A stretch of DNA of 64,000 nucleotides from Bugula neritina (GCA_964035545.1 OZ037767.1:16236381-16300380), one strand, 5' to 3'. Positions 1-14,749 are shown, counted from the first letter of the stretch. The notes: generated by a model not told the origin, from the sequence alone. Translations and numbers: made by a program.

Positions 1-48
1 GTGTTGGTGAAAATACAACTAGCTAAACTGTTGACCTTTATTATACAG

Positions 49-3000
49 ACTCACAGAGAGCTGATGGGAGATAGACATCAGTTTATTGACATTGAGGTCT
101 ACAGAGCTTCTCCCCAAAGATATACTATAACCGAATGTGAACATCATAAACAGGAACAGCTGACAGAAGTGTGTTCCAAGTGTCACCAGATATTCTGTAC
201 GAGATGTGATATGAGGACTGGCTGTAAGGATAAGACAGGTATTTACTTGCTGTTTCTATTTTTGTAGAAAGAAACTGGGAAATATTACACGAACCTGTTA
301 TTGATTATTTTATCATTAGAATAATTTATGTAACAGCAAAAGAAGATGTAGGTTTTTCAGATTGAGTTGATATGAATATTGAAACTAGATCTTGTGAAAG
401 AAATTGAAAAAGACTTGCTAACGGCTGGAGGTATTTTTCAGCATTAAGGTTTGTGTGAGACAGAAGTGGATAGTGCAGCAGTTTATATTTTCACTGTTAT
501 GTTGAATATTCAGTATATTTCATCCTTCAAGTGTCTGTTTCCTTGATAAGATGGTATAGACATAACTTTAACTCACCGGTGTCCCACCTTTTTCAAACCA
601 ATCCGCTTTTTTATAAGTGTTTTCTATGAAGTTTCCCCCTTTTAAGAAACACTATTTTATATTTATAAAAAAAATCTGGGACAGGTTCTTTTCCCTAATA
701 ATTCTTTGAGTGTAAGAAAAGTCACTTAGTTTTTGACATGGAACAGTGTCTGCAACAACTTCAGTTATTAGCTTTGAAAGCATTGATGCTGCTATTAAAA
801 GCTGTGAGTTGATGATTATATTATATAACTCATTTATTTTAGATTCAGATGTTTTAGTGGAGCAAATATATCTACTAGGTATGCAGTAAATTGTTTATAG
901 GGATCAGTTTGACCGGCTGCAAAAAATTTCCTGTTGTTTTTTGCTTTAAAGAAACTTTTTAACCTGAATATTAGACACATGGATGTAGAAGTAAACTTAG
1001 ATTATAGAGTGTAGTGTGGATAAATTAGTGAACTACATAAAACGGAGGTTTTATAGTTATACATATACATGTAACTTAGAATACAAGGGAAGCGCTTAGA
1101 GAGCTGAAAAAAACTGTGTGAGTTTTTTAAAAATCAAAACCCCTTTTAAGCCCAAATTCTACACAAGGAGGAGCTCCCCTGAGGTTGGAGCTACTGCTTT
1201 AAATTTTTTAACTACATTATTCCAAGTGCAGTGAATAATGAGCTAACCATGTGACATCTTTCTAGAATGTCCCTTTGTGTAAATTAGTGCTAGAGAAAGG
1301 TCACCTATGATCAACTCAGATAGCAATACTTGAGACAGAGTATAACTGTTTAGTAATTACATAGTATGTGTATAGTGATACATCATCTACCTGTAGTCGC
1401 AGATAGTAGGTGTACAATATCATATCTAAAAGTATATTACTTTTATTAATAGTGTGATTTTATTTATACAGAAGAGACAGTAGCATTCCATGACTTGGCA
1501 TCTTTGAGTGATTTGTCTTGTGAGTTACGAGAAAGTCTGACTGGTGGAATAGAGACTCTGTCTGAGAAAGTTGCAGAGTTGAATGACATCTCAAAGGATG
1601 CCTGGAAAGAACTGAGTAAAATAGAAGATGAAGTGCAGAAGATGGTTGCCAGAGTAAACGCTGTAGCTGATGCTCAGGTATGCTGACATGGTGATGTCAT
1701 CTAATGTATTTCTGTTTGTCTGAAATTAGGTTTTGCATTTGGTCTTTCAGTTGTAATCAGAAATGAATTTCATTTGTCATTAAAATTAACTGGCCATTAA
1801 AGCATTATCATTCTGTGTGCAGGTAGCAGTAGTCATTCATCACATGTAAGCCTAGGGCCACACGGTGCGTATTTTCGCATGCGAAAATTGAAATCACAAG
1901 TAGCAAAGGTGTCCACTGTACGCGTTGATAAAACATTCGCACTTGTCGCTCAGCATTCTCAACGCAAGTGCGAATCGTCTCTATCGTCGTCACTTAATTG
2001 GCTGGTAGTTATTCAGCGAGCCCAATTTCTCTATTTTAGTGCTACATTCCAGTAAATTGCGTTTTATTAAAAGCGAGTGCGATTTAAAAATGAAAGCTTC
2101 ATTTATCACGCATCACTGGCGCTAGGCTTACTCAGTGCAGAGGAACCTGCATGTCAATACAGATGACTCAATCATCCTTCTGCAACTGTCAATCAATCAC
2201 TCAGAGAGAGGTTGGCGGTGTGAGTGATTGACAGGTGTCAGGAGGAGGAGACTAGTCACATTATGTACTAACTCTCTGCTGTGTATTATGAAGTGTCACG
2301 TGACTGAGTCATTGTCTACTCAGTGTGAAAATCTGTCACTTTCATTTCAAGTGTAGATGTTGTGAGGTGCAGATGTGGTCATCCTGTGTTACTATTTATT
2401 AGATAGAAAAGATTAGAAAGAGAGCTACAAACCTGAGGCTAGAAATATATGGATATTTGAAGAGCTGCACACAGATAGTGGATAATTATAGAATAGAGCT
2501 GGCCCTGAGTAAGACAATGGGCAGACAGTCTCTGCTGGACACAGTACAACACGCAGTTGATAAGTTCAATGATGCAAGGATTGTGAGAGACTACAAAAAG
2601 ATGAGTGGGAAGATGGAAAAGGCTACAGATATTGGTGTAATAGAGAAGTGTGTACTTCCAGACAGCATCTTGGTACCAACATGTAGGTGGAGTCTATAAA
2701 TAGTAACACGTACTAACTATAAATAACTTTCTGCCTGTAATCAGTTAAATTGCTTTCATTGAATATTTGAATAGTAGAATAACGAGAAGCCTCTGATAAT
2801 TTGAAAAGTAGATAGAGTTTATTTATTAGAGGATTGAGTTTTGTTCTACTCTCACATTATGAGACATTTCTGCAGTGTTTCAAAGTTTATGATGTATAAG
2901 TGAGCTGCTAAACTGTGTTATGCTGACTACCTGCTGTCAGTATTAACAAAATATTCTCACTTAGACCTGTGCATCACGCAGCAACTTGTAGTAAATACAG

Positions 3001-4948
3001 AATGCTTGTATTTAAAACATCTTTTCATTTCAAGTTTGAAAAGCTGTTCCCCACCTCCTCAGGTGATGAGATTCTCAAGTTATAGTATTGTTATTTTGTT
3101 GTTGCAGACAGTGAAGACAGTGTGGGGCTGAAGCTGCTGCAGCCACCATCTTCTCTACAGTCTGATGGACTTCCTGTATGTGACTGGTGTCCCTCAGTAA
3201 ACATCTCAGCTGATGGACATGTGTTGTGTCGGACACCAGGAGGTGTAGAAATAAGAAATAGAGACACTCTGGATACTATCAGCTCAGTGAAGAACACCAG
3301 CACTACAGAGTGGTGGGAGATAATCCAACCTGAAGGGGTGATCGTTGGCAGCTGGTATAACAAGAAGGAGAAAACAGCTGAAGTCTCACTTCTTGATCCG
3401 AACTCCTTTGAAAAGTCTCGCTCTGTCTACAAGCTGTCAGTAGATGGACTCTTTCCTTACTGTAGAATAGCTCAGCACCTCTCTCTGGTGTATATTGTAG
3501 ACTGTGAAAAGAAACAGCTGGTAGTCTGTAATCTAGTTGACAATAAAATACAGAAGTTTCCTCTTCCTGAGATGAAGTACCCTGACCCTGTATGCATCCT
3601 CCCAGACTCAACTCTCCTCATAGGAGACTTCACTGCAGATGGTACAGTGAGAAGATATAAAGTGGAGAACACAACTCTCACTCTAATGTGGGGGTTTCCT
3701 CACACCTCAGAACCAACTGGTATTTCCTTTGATCCAACATCTGAACTGATTCACATCTGTACACTGGAAGGACCTCTCCTCATCCTCTCACTTGAAGGTA
3801 AATACTGTGTTTATTATAGTAAGTTTAGTTATTTTATATATAATTATGCTGTAATAAATAATATATTTTATTAATTAACAGTAAACAACTTCCACTCATA
3901 AGATATATTATGATATTGTTCGTATATATCAAGTCAATGTTGTGATTTTTAGCTTAAAGTTGTGTAATAAAGACTGTAACATGTTGATAGTAGATGTTAC
4001 ATTCTTCATCACATGACTTGTAGCTAATAATAATATTAGTGAATAATACTGCCTCCCTACAATAAGTTTATTTCCAGCTGTAGTAACATGCAGGATGTAA
4101 GCACAGGTAAAAGTGTATATTATATATTGTATAGGTTTAAGGTGTACTCTGTGTAGTGTGCAGTGAGCTCTTAGTAAACTTTCCATTCAGTCTTCTATTT
4201 CAAGGGTTCACCTGGTAGTGTAGAAGATAGGGACTCCACACTGCCAAGTGCTGCAAGGGGTTCAAACCCACCCATCAGCATGTCTATAGTTAGTATACTA
4301 TGGAAGTGTTTTACAGTAATTTTAGAGGTGCTCAGTCTAGCAACTGTACAGACTGCCAACTACACATGAGTTATGAGTTTTAGTTTGACTTCAGTCTAGT
4401 GCTGCAACTGTTTTGGTCATCAGATAATTTAAAGATAAATAATTTAATACTTTTTGACCCGCCATCACTGAGACTATTGTAATTTGATGATGGCTGGTAG
4501 ACAGTGTTTGCTGGTGGGACTCAGGTGGCTGTAGTTGGTTCTTGTCAAGTATTTAATATACATGTGATAATGTTCGAATAGCTGCAGTAGTATGAGAAGT
4601 AGACATGCATGTGGGCGTGTTCTTGCTAAAGACCGCAGGCTAAGTTTGTGGGTCAAGGTCAATACATTAGTATAATGAGACACTATTTTCTGCTCTGTTT
4701 GAATATTTACTTCATGCATATAACCTGCTTAGTTCCATCTTTAAAGGAAGTCTGTCTGTTTTTCTCAATGCATACCACCTGCTACAAAAATGTTATTATT
4801 TACAGGTCAACTGGTGCTAACAGTTCCCAGAGAAAGTCTTGGTGTGAGTAATGACTGGGTGTGGGTGAATGACATTGCTGTGTATAACAGAGACACAGTG
4901 TTTCTAGCATGTGGTGATAGTCTAAAGAGATACACAATAAAATACTAA
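49..4948 (+). CDS. TRIM-like protein copy 1 (B-box2, coiled coil, NHL-like beta-propeller); 5'-partial, RING/B-box1 exons presumably upstream of the window
   Basis: Spliced by eye using GT-AG sites with consistent phases: exons 49-238 (CEHH..CSKCHQIFCTRC B-box), 1472-1677 and 2403-2682 (helical/coiled coil), 3108-3797 (propeller blades: VYIVD, PVCILPDSTLLIGD, PTGISFD), 4806-4948 (TAA). AATAAA at 5241. Exon-for-exon paralog of the gene at 21538-27481. Confidence 0.85.
1850..2127. mobile_element. PIF/Harbinger-type MITE (278 bp)
   Basis: Ends GCCTAGGGCCA..TGGCGCTAGGC flanked by TAA and TTA; absent at the paralogous site in copy B (catgTTActcag, ~24537). Confidence 0.85.
4205..4280 (+). mobile_element. 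Degenerate tRNA-like SINE head (paralog at ~26750-26825)
   Basis: B-box GGTTCAAACCC (~4259) with a weak upstream A-box (TAGTGTAGAAGATAG); GC-richer than its flanks. Confidence 0.35.
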
Positions 4949-6603
4949 ACTTATCAGCTACAGTTTACTAATAATCAGCTCAGTGAGGTACTGAGAGATG
5001 AAATGGATAATATTTGTCATCAGCATAATTATATTTATTACAATTCAATACACACACTCATAATAGTGTCAGGTATATTATATTGTGTGATTCATTTACA
5101 CTGTAATTATACTTCTGTATATTATTCCATGTTCAGCAGAACTTGCACTGCTTATATGCATTATGTTATGTTAATTGTCATTAATTGTAGTGATTTGAGA
5201 TATTTGACTGTATCTAATATTTGTTGCCATTTTACTATTTAATAAAGTTTATTTGTTAATGAAAACATAGTTAGTTTTCATGCCCCATTAGCTTTAGTTC
5301 AAGTTGAGTTTGGTTACTAAAGAATAATCTTTACTGGAGCAGTTACTGTAAATGACTAGCCTGTGGGAGAATGCATTCACTGAATTGACATGCAGGTGCA
5401 AGTAACTCCAACATGACTGTAGGCAAGTTTTTCCAATCATATATAAAATGCATTTTATTGCTGTGTATACAACAGCATTGAGGAGCCAATCAAATTGTTT
5501 CTTGTCATGCATTCAGGAAGCTGATGAATAATTTATAAGGCAATCAACTAGATATAAACACTTTGGTACTCTACACATGAGCTGTCTATGATGCAGTTGC
5601 ATTGTAAAATGTGTGTCATTTGATAAGTTTGGCTAATTGGTTGCAGTTTAATTATGACATGTTCCCCATTCACCTGGTAGAAATACTATGTCTACTGACA
5701 GAGGACAACTCCTAAGCATGTATAAAGGCATCCTTTTAGTAAACAAGATATTGCAATGCTATCATCTGATTGGACAATTCTGTTCTCATGAAACTGTAAT
5801 TAGTGCTCTTGTGTGAATTGAGACAAGTTGCCACGTTGGCTTTATAAAATGCAAGTAGCAGGAAGAGCTGAATCTGCTGCATATTGAGAGAGCAAAAGTA
5901 TAATACTGTAGTAGATTACATAACACTTAAATAACTGCTGTTTTTATTCATGTTAGCTGCTTTGAAACCAGCAGCTGTTAGTCTGTATACATGACGCTGT
6001 CACATATTCTCATACTGCATATTATATTTATAAAGTAAATAATCTGCAACTAAAGTAGCATAAGCATGTTTACATAATATCAAATCATTTATTGCATATA
6101 TTTTTCTTATATAGTGGGTTCACAAGTGTTGGGCTATTATGTTAACAAAATTCAATTCATATTTCTGTATTTCCATTTATAAAATAATCATATTAATGGT
6201 GTAAATGTGTAATAGATTAATTATATGCATATAAATTCAAAGTGTGCAAACTTTTCTAAACATCAAACTGCTAATTAGTTTTATGCTCTCAAGTTTTATA
6301 AAAATGTTTTTTGAGTTTGCAGGTTTTAACAGCCTAAGCTAAACTTTCTTGATTATTATTATTGTTATTATTCTCCCGTATACCAGACATGCTGAAGTAT
6401 AAATGTAACTTGAATAGGTGTGCATACATACAGATATCTTTTATTTTATCCAATAATAGATTGCAATCCTTATGTTGCCTACAGGTGCCTAACAGCAAAG
6501 TTGAATGAAAAGATAAGAGAACTAAAAATCTGATGTTGTAGTAGATTACATAACATTTTAATAACTGCTGCCTTCCTTTATAGTTACTCCAGCATATTTT
6601 GAC

Positions 6604-6946
<343 letters not shown>

Positions 6947-8479
6947 AGTACAATTGAAGTTTACAAAATATATACAATTTAATACAATATATAGTTTTCT
7001 TGGATCAAGTTCAAACAATGTTGTGTTTGCTGACGTGATGTTAACAGAATTCAAACATCTATTGAAAATGGCTTCAACGTAGCATCATGCTTCTCTATCT
7101 TTATTTATGAAATAAATAAATTAACTGTGTAATGGTTGAATCCCGTACAAAAGTTTAAAGTGTGCCTCTTTTCTAAAAGTTAAACTGCTAAGTTTTTATA
7201 TGCTTTCAGGGTATAAAAACTGTTTGCTAAGTTTGTAAGTTCTTTTGGTATTTTATTACCTGAGCTACTATATTTTTTCTAAATATAAACTTGAAATTAT
7301 AACAGTATGGTAATTATAGATCATAACATTTAATACAAAATTATGTTGATTAAAAATAGTCAAAACCATTTTTATATTTTGGTATAATTCTCAGACTCCA
7401 TCAGCAGTTGAAAAAAAATCTTTTAAGTATTTTGCCATCAGTCTTTAATAATAAAGGCGTAAACTTTTCAGCTAAACAAATTAGTTTATAGTTAATTTTA
7501 CAAGCCAGGAGATAAAAGGTTCAGCATTATCCTATATAGTATATACCATAATTATTATGTAATAAGATCCACTTTCAAAGAACTGACACCAAGGGAAAAG
7601 CCATGTAATTACTGGTCACTCTGAGAAGATTAAAGATTGAAAAACGCAGAAAGCCAAGAATTAAAGCCTGTAATAAGGTAATAGCTAAAATCTAGAGATA
7701 TAATGATTACTATTTTAAGTAAAATAACCTATATAACATAATTATTATGTATAATAAGATCTGCATTGAAAAGACTGAAACCTTTGAAAAGGTTCTGTAT
7801 ATAATTACTGACCAATCTCGAAGGATTGAGAAATTGAGAAATGCTCAGGGTCAGCATTTGTCCTCTACCAAGATAATTATTATGTAATAAGATCTAATTT
7901 TATAAGACTCACTACTAAAGAAAAGCTGTATACTGACCAATCAGAAAGGATTAGAATTAAAAATCTCAGAAAGTCAAGAATCGAAGTCTGTGATTATAAA
8001 GTTACATAACGTACTGGCACTAGCTGGTAATTACAGTCAGTTTCGGTAAGTGCTGTAAATTTGGGCTGAACCTATGGAATCTCTCCTTGCTATGAAATCC
8101 CTCCTGAGTTGTTTGTACATACAACTTTGATGTGTGATTTGTTTTTATTTATAAGGTTTGTCTTGAACATCAAAGAATTGTAGCCCAAACAGCTACATGG
8201 AAGCGGTTGATTCTAGCTCTATTTCCGTGAATACAGATGTGCAACTGCACCTGATACTTGTTAAACAGCTCTACCAGTATTAATATCAAACTCAATTTTG
8301 TTTTAACCAATAGATAAAACAGTAAATGAAACGTACAGGATGTGTGTTTTGACTAGTTATACTCTAAAATTGCAGCGAATTAAACTTTTCATTGATTTGC
8401 AAGTATCTCCTATCACTTGATAAATCTATTAAACTTGTTTTAAAATATTTCAAAGTTTGATTTTATTATGTATTAACAG

Positions 8480-11326
8480 CGTGGATACGACTTGTTCAAA
8501 TCGAGCTTCTCGAATCCAGCCTCTGTTCTTTACCACAACTCATCGCCTTTACATCGGCCTCAACACCAGGCTCCACAACCCTCACTAACTTCTAGTCTGT
8601 TAACTCCACCACTGAGTGAACGTAGCAGCCACTGAACTGAAACTTATAGTTCAATGGTAGCAGCAGCAGTGTAGGTGAGTTATAGGGTAGACAACTCTAG
8701 TTCTTATTTGACAACATTTGAAAATAATTGATGACTCCTATAATAAAATGATTAGCATAACATTATATATAGTTGAAAATAGTTTTTAACAACCAGGTTT
8801 TAAATTTTGAGCTTTTAGGTATAAATAATGAAGAAAGCAATCAAATAAATAGACTAAATTATTTGAATTTATAGAAGTTACTCTCTCTTTACTGGGAAAA
8901 TCTTTTGGTAGAACTACAAGCTATGCTAGATGCATATTTAATACTATTACATATATCTATTTAGCCCTGAGTATAGAAAACTTTTGGACTGCTTCTGAAT
9001 TTTTGTAGGCACGATAAAATATAGGCTGTTAGTACTTGTTTTTTATGATTGCAGCTATATATATTATTTTTGATTACAGAGTCCTCGAATGAAGGAGTTT
9101 CTTCCCCTACATCAACCAAATCGGCCATCTTGGATTTGAGAAAATCTACTGCTAAAGAAACATCATTAAAACGAAAAACACCAAACAAAGGTAATCCTAA
9201 ACTTGAATGTCTATTTTGTTAGGTTTGCTGAGTATATGCAGCGTCATAAATAATATTATTTTGATCTAGTATCTGCAAGGTATAGTTGTTGTTTTATTTT
9301 AAATGTCTAGTCAAAATTGTGCTTTCAACATCTTTACATAACACACGTTACATTCGTAAGCATATTTAAGCATATGTAAGCATGAATACAAGCATATATA
9401 AGCAAGTATGTGTAAACATGCTTAAACATCCTTAAACATGCATAAGTGTGCGTAAGCACATGTATGCACGTTTCAGCATGATTAAGTAAAGACATCATAA
9501 TTTCAGAAGTTGCTAATCCATCAAAGAAAAAGCGAGAAAACTCGAAGCAGAACTTGAAGCAAACTCGCAAGCTGAGCGTTACTGAGCAGTCACCTATATC
9601 TGGCATTCTGATTCGAAGAGTCACTAAGTCCCATAATTCTACACCAGATGTCAAATGTAGCTCAGAACTCTGTGGGGATATTGACTCGATGTAAGTGTTG
9701 CTAATTATTTGTTTTTATTTTTTCTTTCAGAAAAAACTGTTGGAAATTCAAATTTTCCACTGATCAAAAAAGAATTATTGCTTATACAAAAGTTATCGAT
9801 TTCAACTTTTCTGTACTACATTTTGACTTTCAATGTAATTTCTTTCAAGAATTAGATTGGATGCTTGCTATTATTATATTATTGAACTATTTTTGGAAAA
9901 AATAATATTTAATTGCAAAAAATAATAAAATATTTGTTAGGGTTTTGTCTATTATAGGTTATCTACAGACATGATAATATAAATAAATGAGTAGACTACA
10001 GCAAATCAATCTACCTTTGCCGGCTAAAGTTTTGTAAGCCATACCTGCATTGGGCTGTTATTTTACCTGCATGCAGGTACCATGTAGTGGTTATCATTTC
10101 ACCTGCTGCATATGGCTTAATGTTGGGCTATTTTTTACCAGCAGGTATAACAATGTTGGGCTATTACTTTACCTGCAAGTATAACAATGTTGGGCTATTA
10201 CTTTACCTGCAAGTATAACAATGTTTAAGCTACCTATTATTTTACCTGCAGGTATAACAATGTCATAGACTATTATTCTACCTGCAGGTACAATGTGGTG
10301 GACAAATCGGAAGAATCCAAGAGGAAGCTGATGAGCATCAAGAACGTAATTGGAGACTATATCTGTAGACTGTGTGACACCAAGTATGCAAGTGTGTACG
10401 ACCTGGCTGAACACAGATGTCCGAGCATCATCTACATAGAGTACAAGTGTCCTGAGTGCTCAAAAGGTTAGAGATCATGTAATGTTAAGTTCACCCACTA
10501 GCAGTTGTAGTGCAAAGGTTAGGGCACTTGCTTGCAAGCTGGCGGTCTGCGGTTCAAATCCTAGTGGGGGCAAGAAGTTTAATAGGTAAAAGTCTGATTA
10601 AACTAAAATGAACAAATTTTCCCATGTAACAAATAAACTTTTATATACTTTTTGTTCAATATTCAACTGAATTAAATAACGTAACACAGCTATAGACCTG
10701 GGTAAATGACATGTAAAATGCAGTAAATAACAATAATTGGTAACAGGCAGCAAAAATGCTTATGCTGCTGCCAATGTTTAAAAACTGTTTAACTTTTAGA
10801 AGTATAACTATAGCTAGTCATACCATGTTATGATATTAATTTAAATAAATATTTTTTTCTCTCAAATTACCAGTAAACTATAAAAATAAGAATAGATAAA
10901 TTTATAAAATACAAATTATTGAAAAAGCATATTAAAAACTTATTTACTAAAGCTTTTGGCAACCAAAACTTTAGTAAGTTAATACATATACTATATAGAG
11001 TTTTACTTTGTGGTAAATAGAGAAATTCAATTTATGTCTTTTATATGGTAATACATTTATATTATTTATATTATATTACAAATTATTATATAATCAATAT
11101 CTTTGTATCATGTTATTTGAATGTTTTATCTGTTGACTTTAATCTTTCAGTGTTCAACTGCCCAGCAAACTTGGCATCCCACAGGCGTTGGCACAAACCT
11201 AAACCTGCAGCAGACTCTCAACCCAACACTTCAAAACACAGAGAGAAAACAACTACCAAACAAATAGTTATTGCAGCTCCGCAGCGAATACCAAACCCTG
11301 GAAGGATAACTTCTCATGATGACTAA
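8480..11326 (+). CDS. INSM1: INSM1/IA-1/nerfin/egl-46-family C2H2 zinc-finger transcription factor, 3' exons (first visible exon disrupted; possible pseudogene)
   Basis: Exons 9080-9190, 9507-9690 (KQTRKL..SPISGILI..GDIDS), 10288-10466 (YNVVD..IKNVIGDYICRLC..LAEHRCPSIIYIEYKCPECSK) and 11151-11326 (VFNCPANLASHRRWHKP, family signature) splice in frame. Candidate exon 8480-8674 (RGYDLF..LLTPPLSERSSH*) has an in-frame TGA at 8633 and the wrong exit phase. No SNAG start seen. Confidence 0.85.
10005..10290 (+). repeat. ~34-bp minisatellite resembling the adjacent INSM splice acceptor
   Basis: Unit GGCTATTACTTTACCTGCA(A/G)GTATAACAATGTTG; the last unit is the true acceptor CTACCTGCAG|GTACAATGTG. Confidence 0.85.
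10500..10575 (+). mobile_element. tRNA-derived SINE head or degenerate tRNA-like sequence in an INSM intron
   Basis: A-box-like TAGTGCAAAGG and B-box GGTTCAAATCC at tRNA spacing; acceptor stem does not pair. Confidence 0.55.
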
Positions 11327-13189
11327 GTTAAAATCATGTGTAAAATTCTTGTGAGACTTCCTTTGCTGAATTCTTTCGTTCATAGTAAAATATTTTAAAG
11401 AACAAACCCCCACTCCACCCACTTTCTTACTTTGTGGTTACTTATTTATATTATTTATTAGAGACCTTTATAGCCAAAGGCTTTGTGCAATCCTATAAAT
11501 ATAAACATTGTTTTAGATTTTAGTGTTTTTATAGTATAAATTATATTATATATTGTTTCCTTTTCATGGTTTAATTTAAGTTATTTATGATGTTGTCCAC
11601 CATTTGAATTCCGTCCAATAAAGCTCTAACTGTCAAGTACATGTGAATACGCAATATGCTTCAAATGGAGTGGAACAAAAGTGAAAGATAAAATCTCTAC
11701 AGTATATATAGTTACATAATTCTACATCTCCAGTACTAAAGCACTTATAAGACTGGGATGTAGCTAACTCAAACAAAAAATAGCTATTTTTGTGAGTTTC
11801 AGGGACTAAAGTATTAGAATTATCTTTCCAGAAAACTATAAGCCTAAAGTCTTTACTTTATAAATATGAATTTTTGGAAATTGAAAGATTATTTTTACTA
11901 AACTTTGTTTATCGTAAGCTTCTGCTTTTACATATTTTAAGTATTTGGAATCACTTTCGAATTTTAAAATTCTTACAATATTAAAAGAATAAAAGTTTTT
12001 AATCTTCACTGTATATATGAGTATAGAGGCAGTTTGCTTATTAATGTTTAAAACACTGTCATAGTATTTCTTTCTTGTAGTTTTAAAATTTTCTACAGTT
12101 GCATTAAAAGTTACAAATTTTAATTATAAGGATAATATAAAAGCAGCATTTCCCTTTGCTTACAAAGCTTTACAACTATAGCTAACACTTGCATGCAGTG
12201 GAATCATTTTAGAGATCAAAAGCCTGAGATAGAATTTGCTGTTCATTTGCAGAAATTGAATTCATTTTTCTGTTTAATGTACCATCTGAACATATTTGCT
12301 GAAAAAAACTATGAGTTGGAAAAAAAATTGAACCATTTGCTTACTTGAAATTTTGAAAACTACATAATATAATATAAATATATAATATATATATTTTCTT
12401 GAGGAACTGTTTTCACCTGGTTAGCCTTGTTGCTAGCAAGGAATAATTTTAACACTCTACAATATCTTTTAATTTGAAATTGTAACTGATTAACAGTTTT
12501 GGTTTACTGTTGATTATAAGATTTTATGGCAGCTCAGATTCAAACAGCTTACATGCACTATTTTATTACCTTTTTTTCTAAAAAAAACTCTGTTTGTAAA
12601 AAAAATATAACTTATACAAATTTAAAAAAATTATGTTTTAATGGCTTTTACTAGAATTAAAATTAAAACAATATTTTTTTGGATTGAAGTATTAAAATTT
12701 GTTCAACTAAAATAAAAGGAAAATTTATGAAATTTTGTATTAAGCATTTGACTGGTTTTGTTGTAGAGTTACAGTAAAATTCTGGAGAGAATTCAGAAAA
12801 GCCACAGAAATTTCTTCCTTAACATCAAATATTAAAATTCTCAAAAATAAAGTTAGTATAGGAGAACCTAAAGAAGTGCCACCTTTTAGTACATCTGTGA
12901 CAAGAAAGTGGGTTTGGGGTCTTCCTCCACAATAAAGTGTATTAGCTACAGGCAAAGTGATGTTTATAACAATATAAGTGCTTTACAAAAAGCATTACTG
13001 CAACTGATGTGCTCCTCTCAACTAATACTATGATTGAACAGCCCAGGTCATCTAGAGGTCAAAGAGTAGCCTCAACTCATAGTGTTCAGACTGTAAACAG
13101 CACAACTCACTAAGTGTCCATCTCTGCACAGAGCTGTGAGCTGAGTTTCTCCTGCACTGAGGTCAGGTGCTGGACAGCCTTAAGTGATG

Positions 13190-14035
13190 CTATACTATGC
13201 TAACAAAATTCAATTCATATTTCTGTATTTTTATGTGTGAAATTATCATATGAATGTGTGATAGTTGAATTATATACAGAAATTCAAAGTGTGCATTTTT
13301 TCTAAACATCTAACTGCCAAGCTTTATATGCTTTCAAGTTGAAATGTTTTTCAAGTTTGCAAGTTATTTTTGATACTTCAATATATCTTAGCTATTTTCT
13401 CTACATTTAAACTTGAAATTATAACTCGTGCCAAAATAAAACAGCTCACAACATTTAGTGCAAAGTGATTTTAATTACAAATTGTTAAAAGCATTTATAT
13501 ATTCTTTTGCTTAAATAGTTAGAATTCTCTTACTCTAGCCGCAGTTTAAATAGTTCAAACACTTTCGCCGCCTACTTTCTTTCAGGAAAAAATTTTCCAT
13601 TATTTCAGCATCAGCTTTCACTAATATATAATTCGTGAAATTTTCAGCTAAACAAATTAGTCTAGTTAATCTTGCAAGCCAAAAAAAGAAGATTTAGCAG
13701 TTATTCTGTACCGTTATAATTACGTAATAAGATCCACTTTTAAAAGACTCACACCTTTAAAAAGCTGTATAATTACTGACCAATCAGAGAGGATTAAAAT
13801 TTGAGAAACTCGGATAGCTAAAAATCAAAAGCTGTAATGGAAGAATTACATAATAGAGTAGCTGTCATCAGCTGGTAATTACAGTCAGTTGTGGGTAATT
13901 ATTGTATTTGCATGTGAGCTGTATATCCAATGGAATCAGTCAAACTTATACTAAATTTGATCCAGTAAATTTGTTTTTAAAGTTCAGGTCGTTTTTAACA
14001 TCAAAGAATAATGCACCAACTATTCTTAATTATAG
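13190..14035 (+). repeat. Diverged local repeat, homologous to ~6135-6340/7120-8180 and 16400-17090
   Basis: Shared blocks in the same order: TAACAAAATTCAATTCATATTTCTGTATT, CAGCTAAACAAATTAG, TTAYGTAATAAGATC, TGACCAATC, AGCTGGTAATTACAGTCAGTT, AACATCAAAGAAT. Confidence 0.8.
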
Positions 14036-14749
14036 CAAATGAATTCCTGCAAGACTTTATCCTCTCAACCATCATTTTTAGCTTTGATTTGTCAGGTTTA
14101 ATTTTTGGAAATGTAATTGTACAAGTTTTACACCTATTTTCAATCTTCCAAGTTTTATTTGAGAGAAAATATGGTTATAAAATATTAATAATAAAAATAT
14201 GTTATACACACCATAAAACATACATTATACATAGTTGGACTGCTCAAAGCATACTTCAATTCAAAAACAATTTGTTTTTCAATAATATAACATATACTAT
14301 ATATACATATAAAGCATGGATTTTATGACCATCATTTTAGTCTTCTTGCATATTGTGACTTCATATATAACTATGAAACTTGAACTGTTATAAATGTGTT
14401 TGTTTGCTGCAAGAAGCATAAAATAAATCAAGTAATTTTCATGTTAATTATTTGCATTGCTTTACTTCCTGTCTACCTTTCTTTAAGTAGAAATAGCAGC
14501 ATCTTTCATCAATAGGATGTTTTATTTTACTCTAAATAGTTACTTTACTAATGGCAGTGGGAGACAAAATTAACCAACCAGAGTTATTATATAAATTACT
14601 AAAATATAGTTCATTATGGTTTTAGCTGGAATCTTTAACTTTTTCTCTAAAATGCTTGGATAAGATTATTTGCATATCCAAAGGTTCTTCATCACCACTT
14701 GGAGTTTGGTTTTATAAAATATTATTAGAAGTTGGCCTAAGTTTATATA

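Noticed and set aside
3091-3681. Minus-strand ORFs present in both duplicates (also 25851-26229)
   Set aside because: Antisense shadows of the propeller exon, shared only because of the recent duplication.
10500-10575. Functional tRNA gene
   Set aside because: A and B boxes are present but the acceptor and anticodon stems do not pair; better explained as a SINE head.
13040-13185. GC-richer patch resembling a minus-strand exon remnant
   Set aside because: No recognisable protein motif or partner exons.
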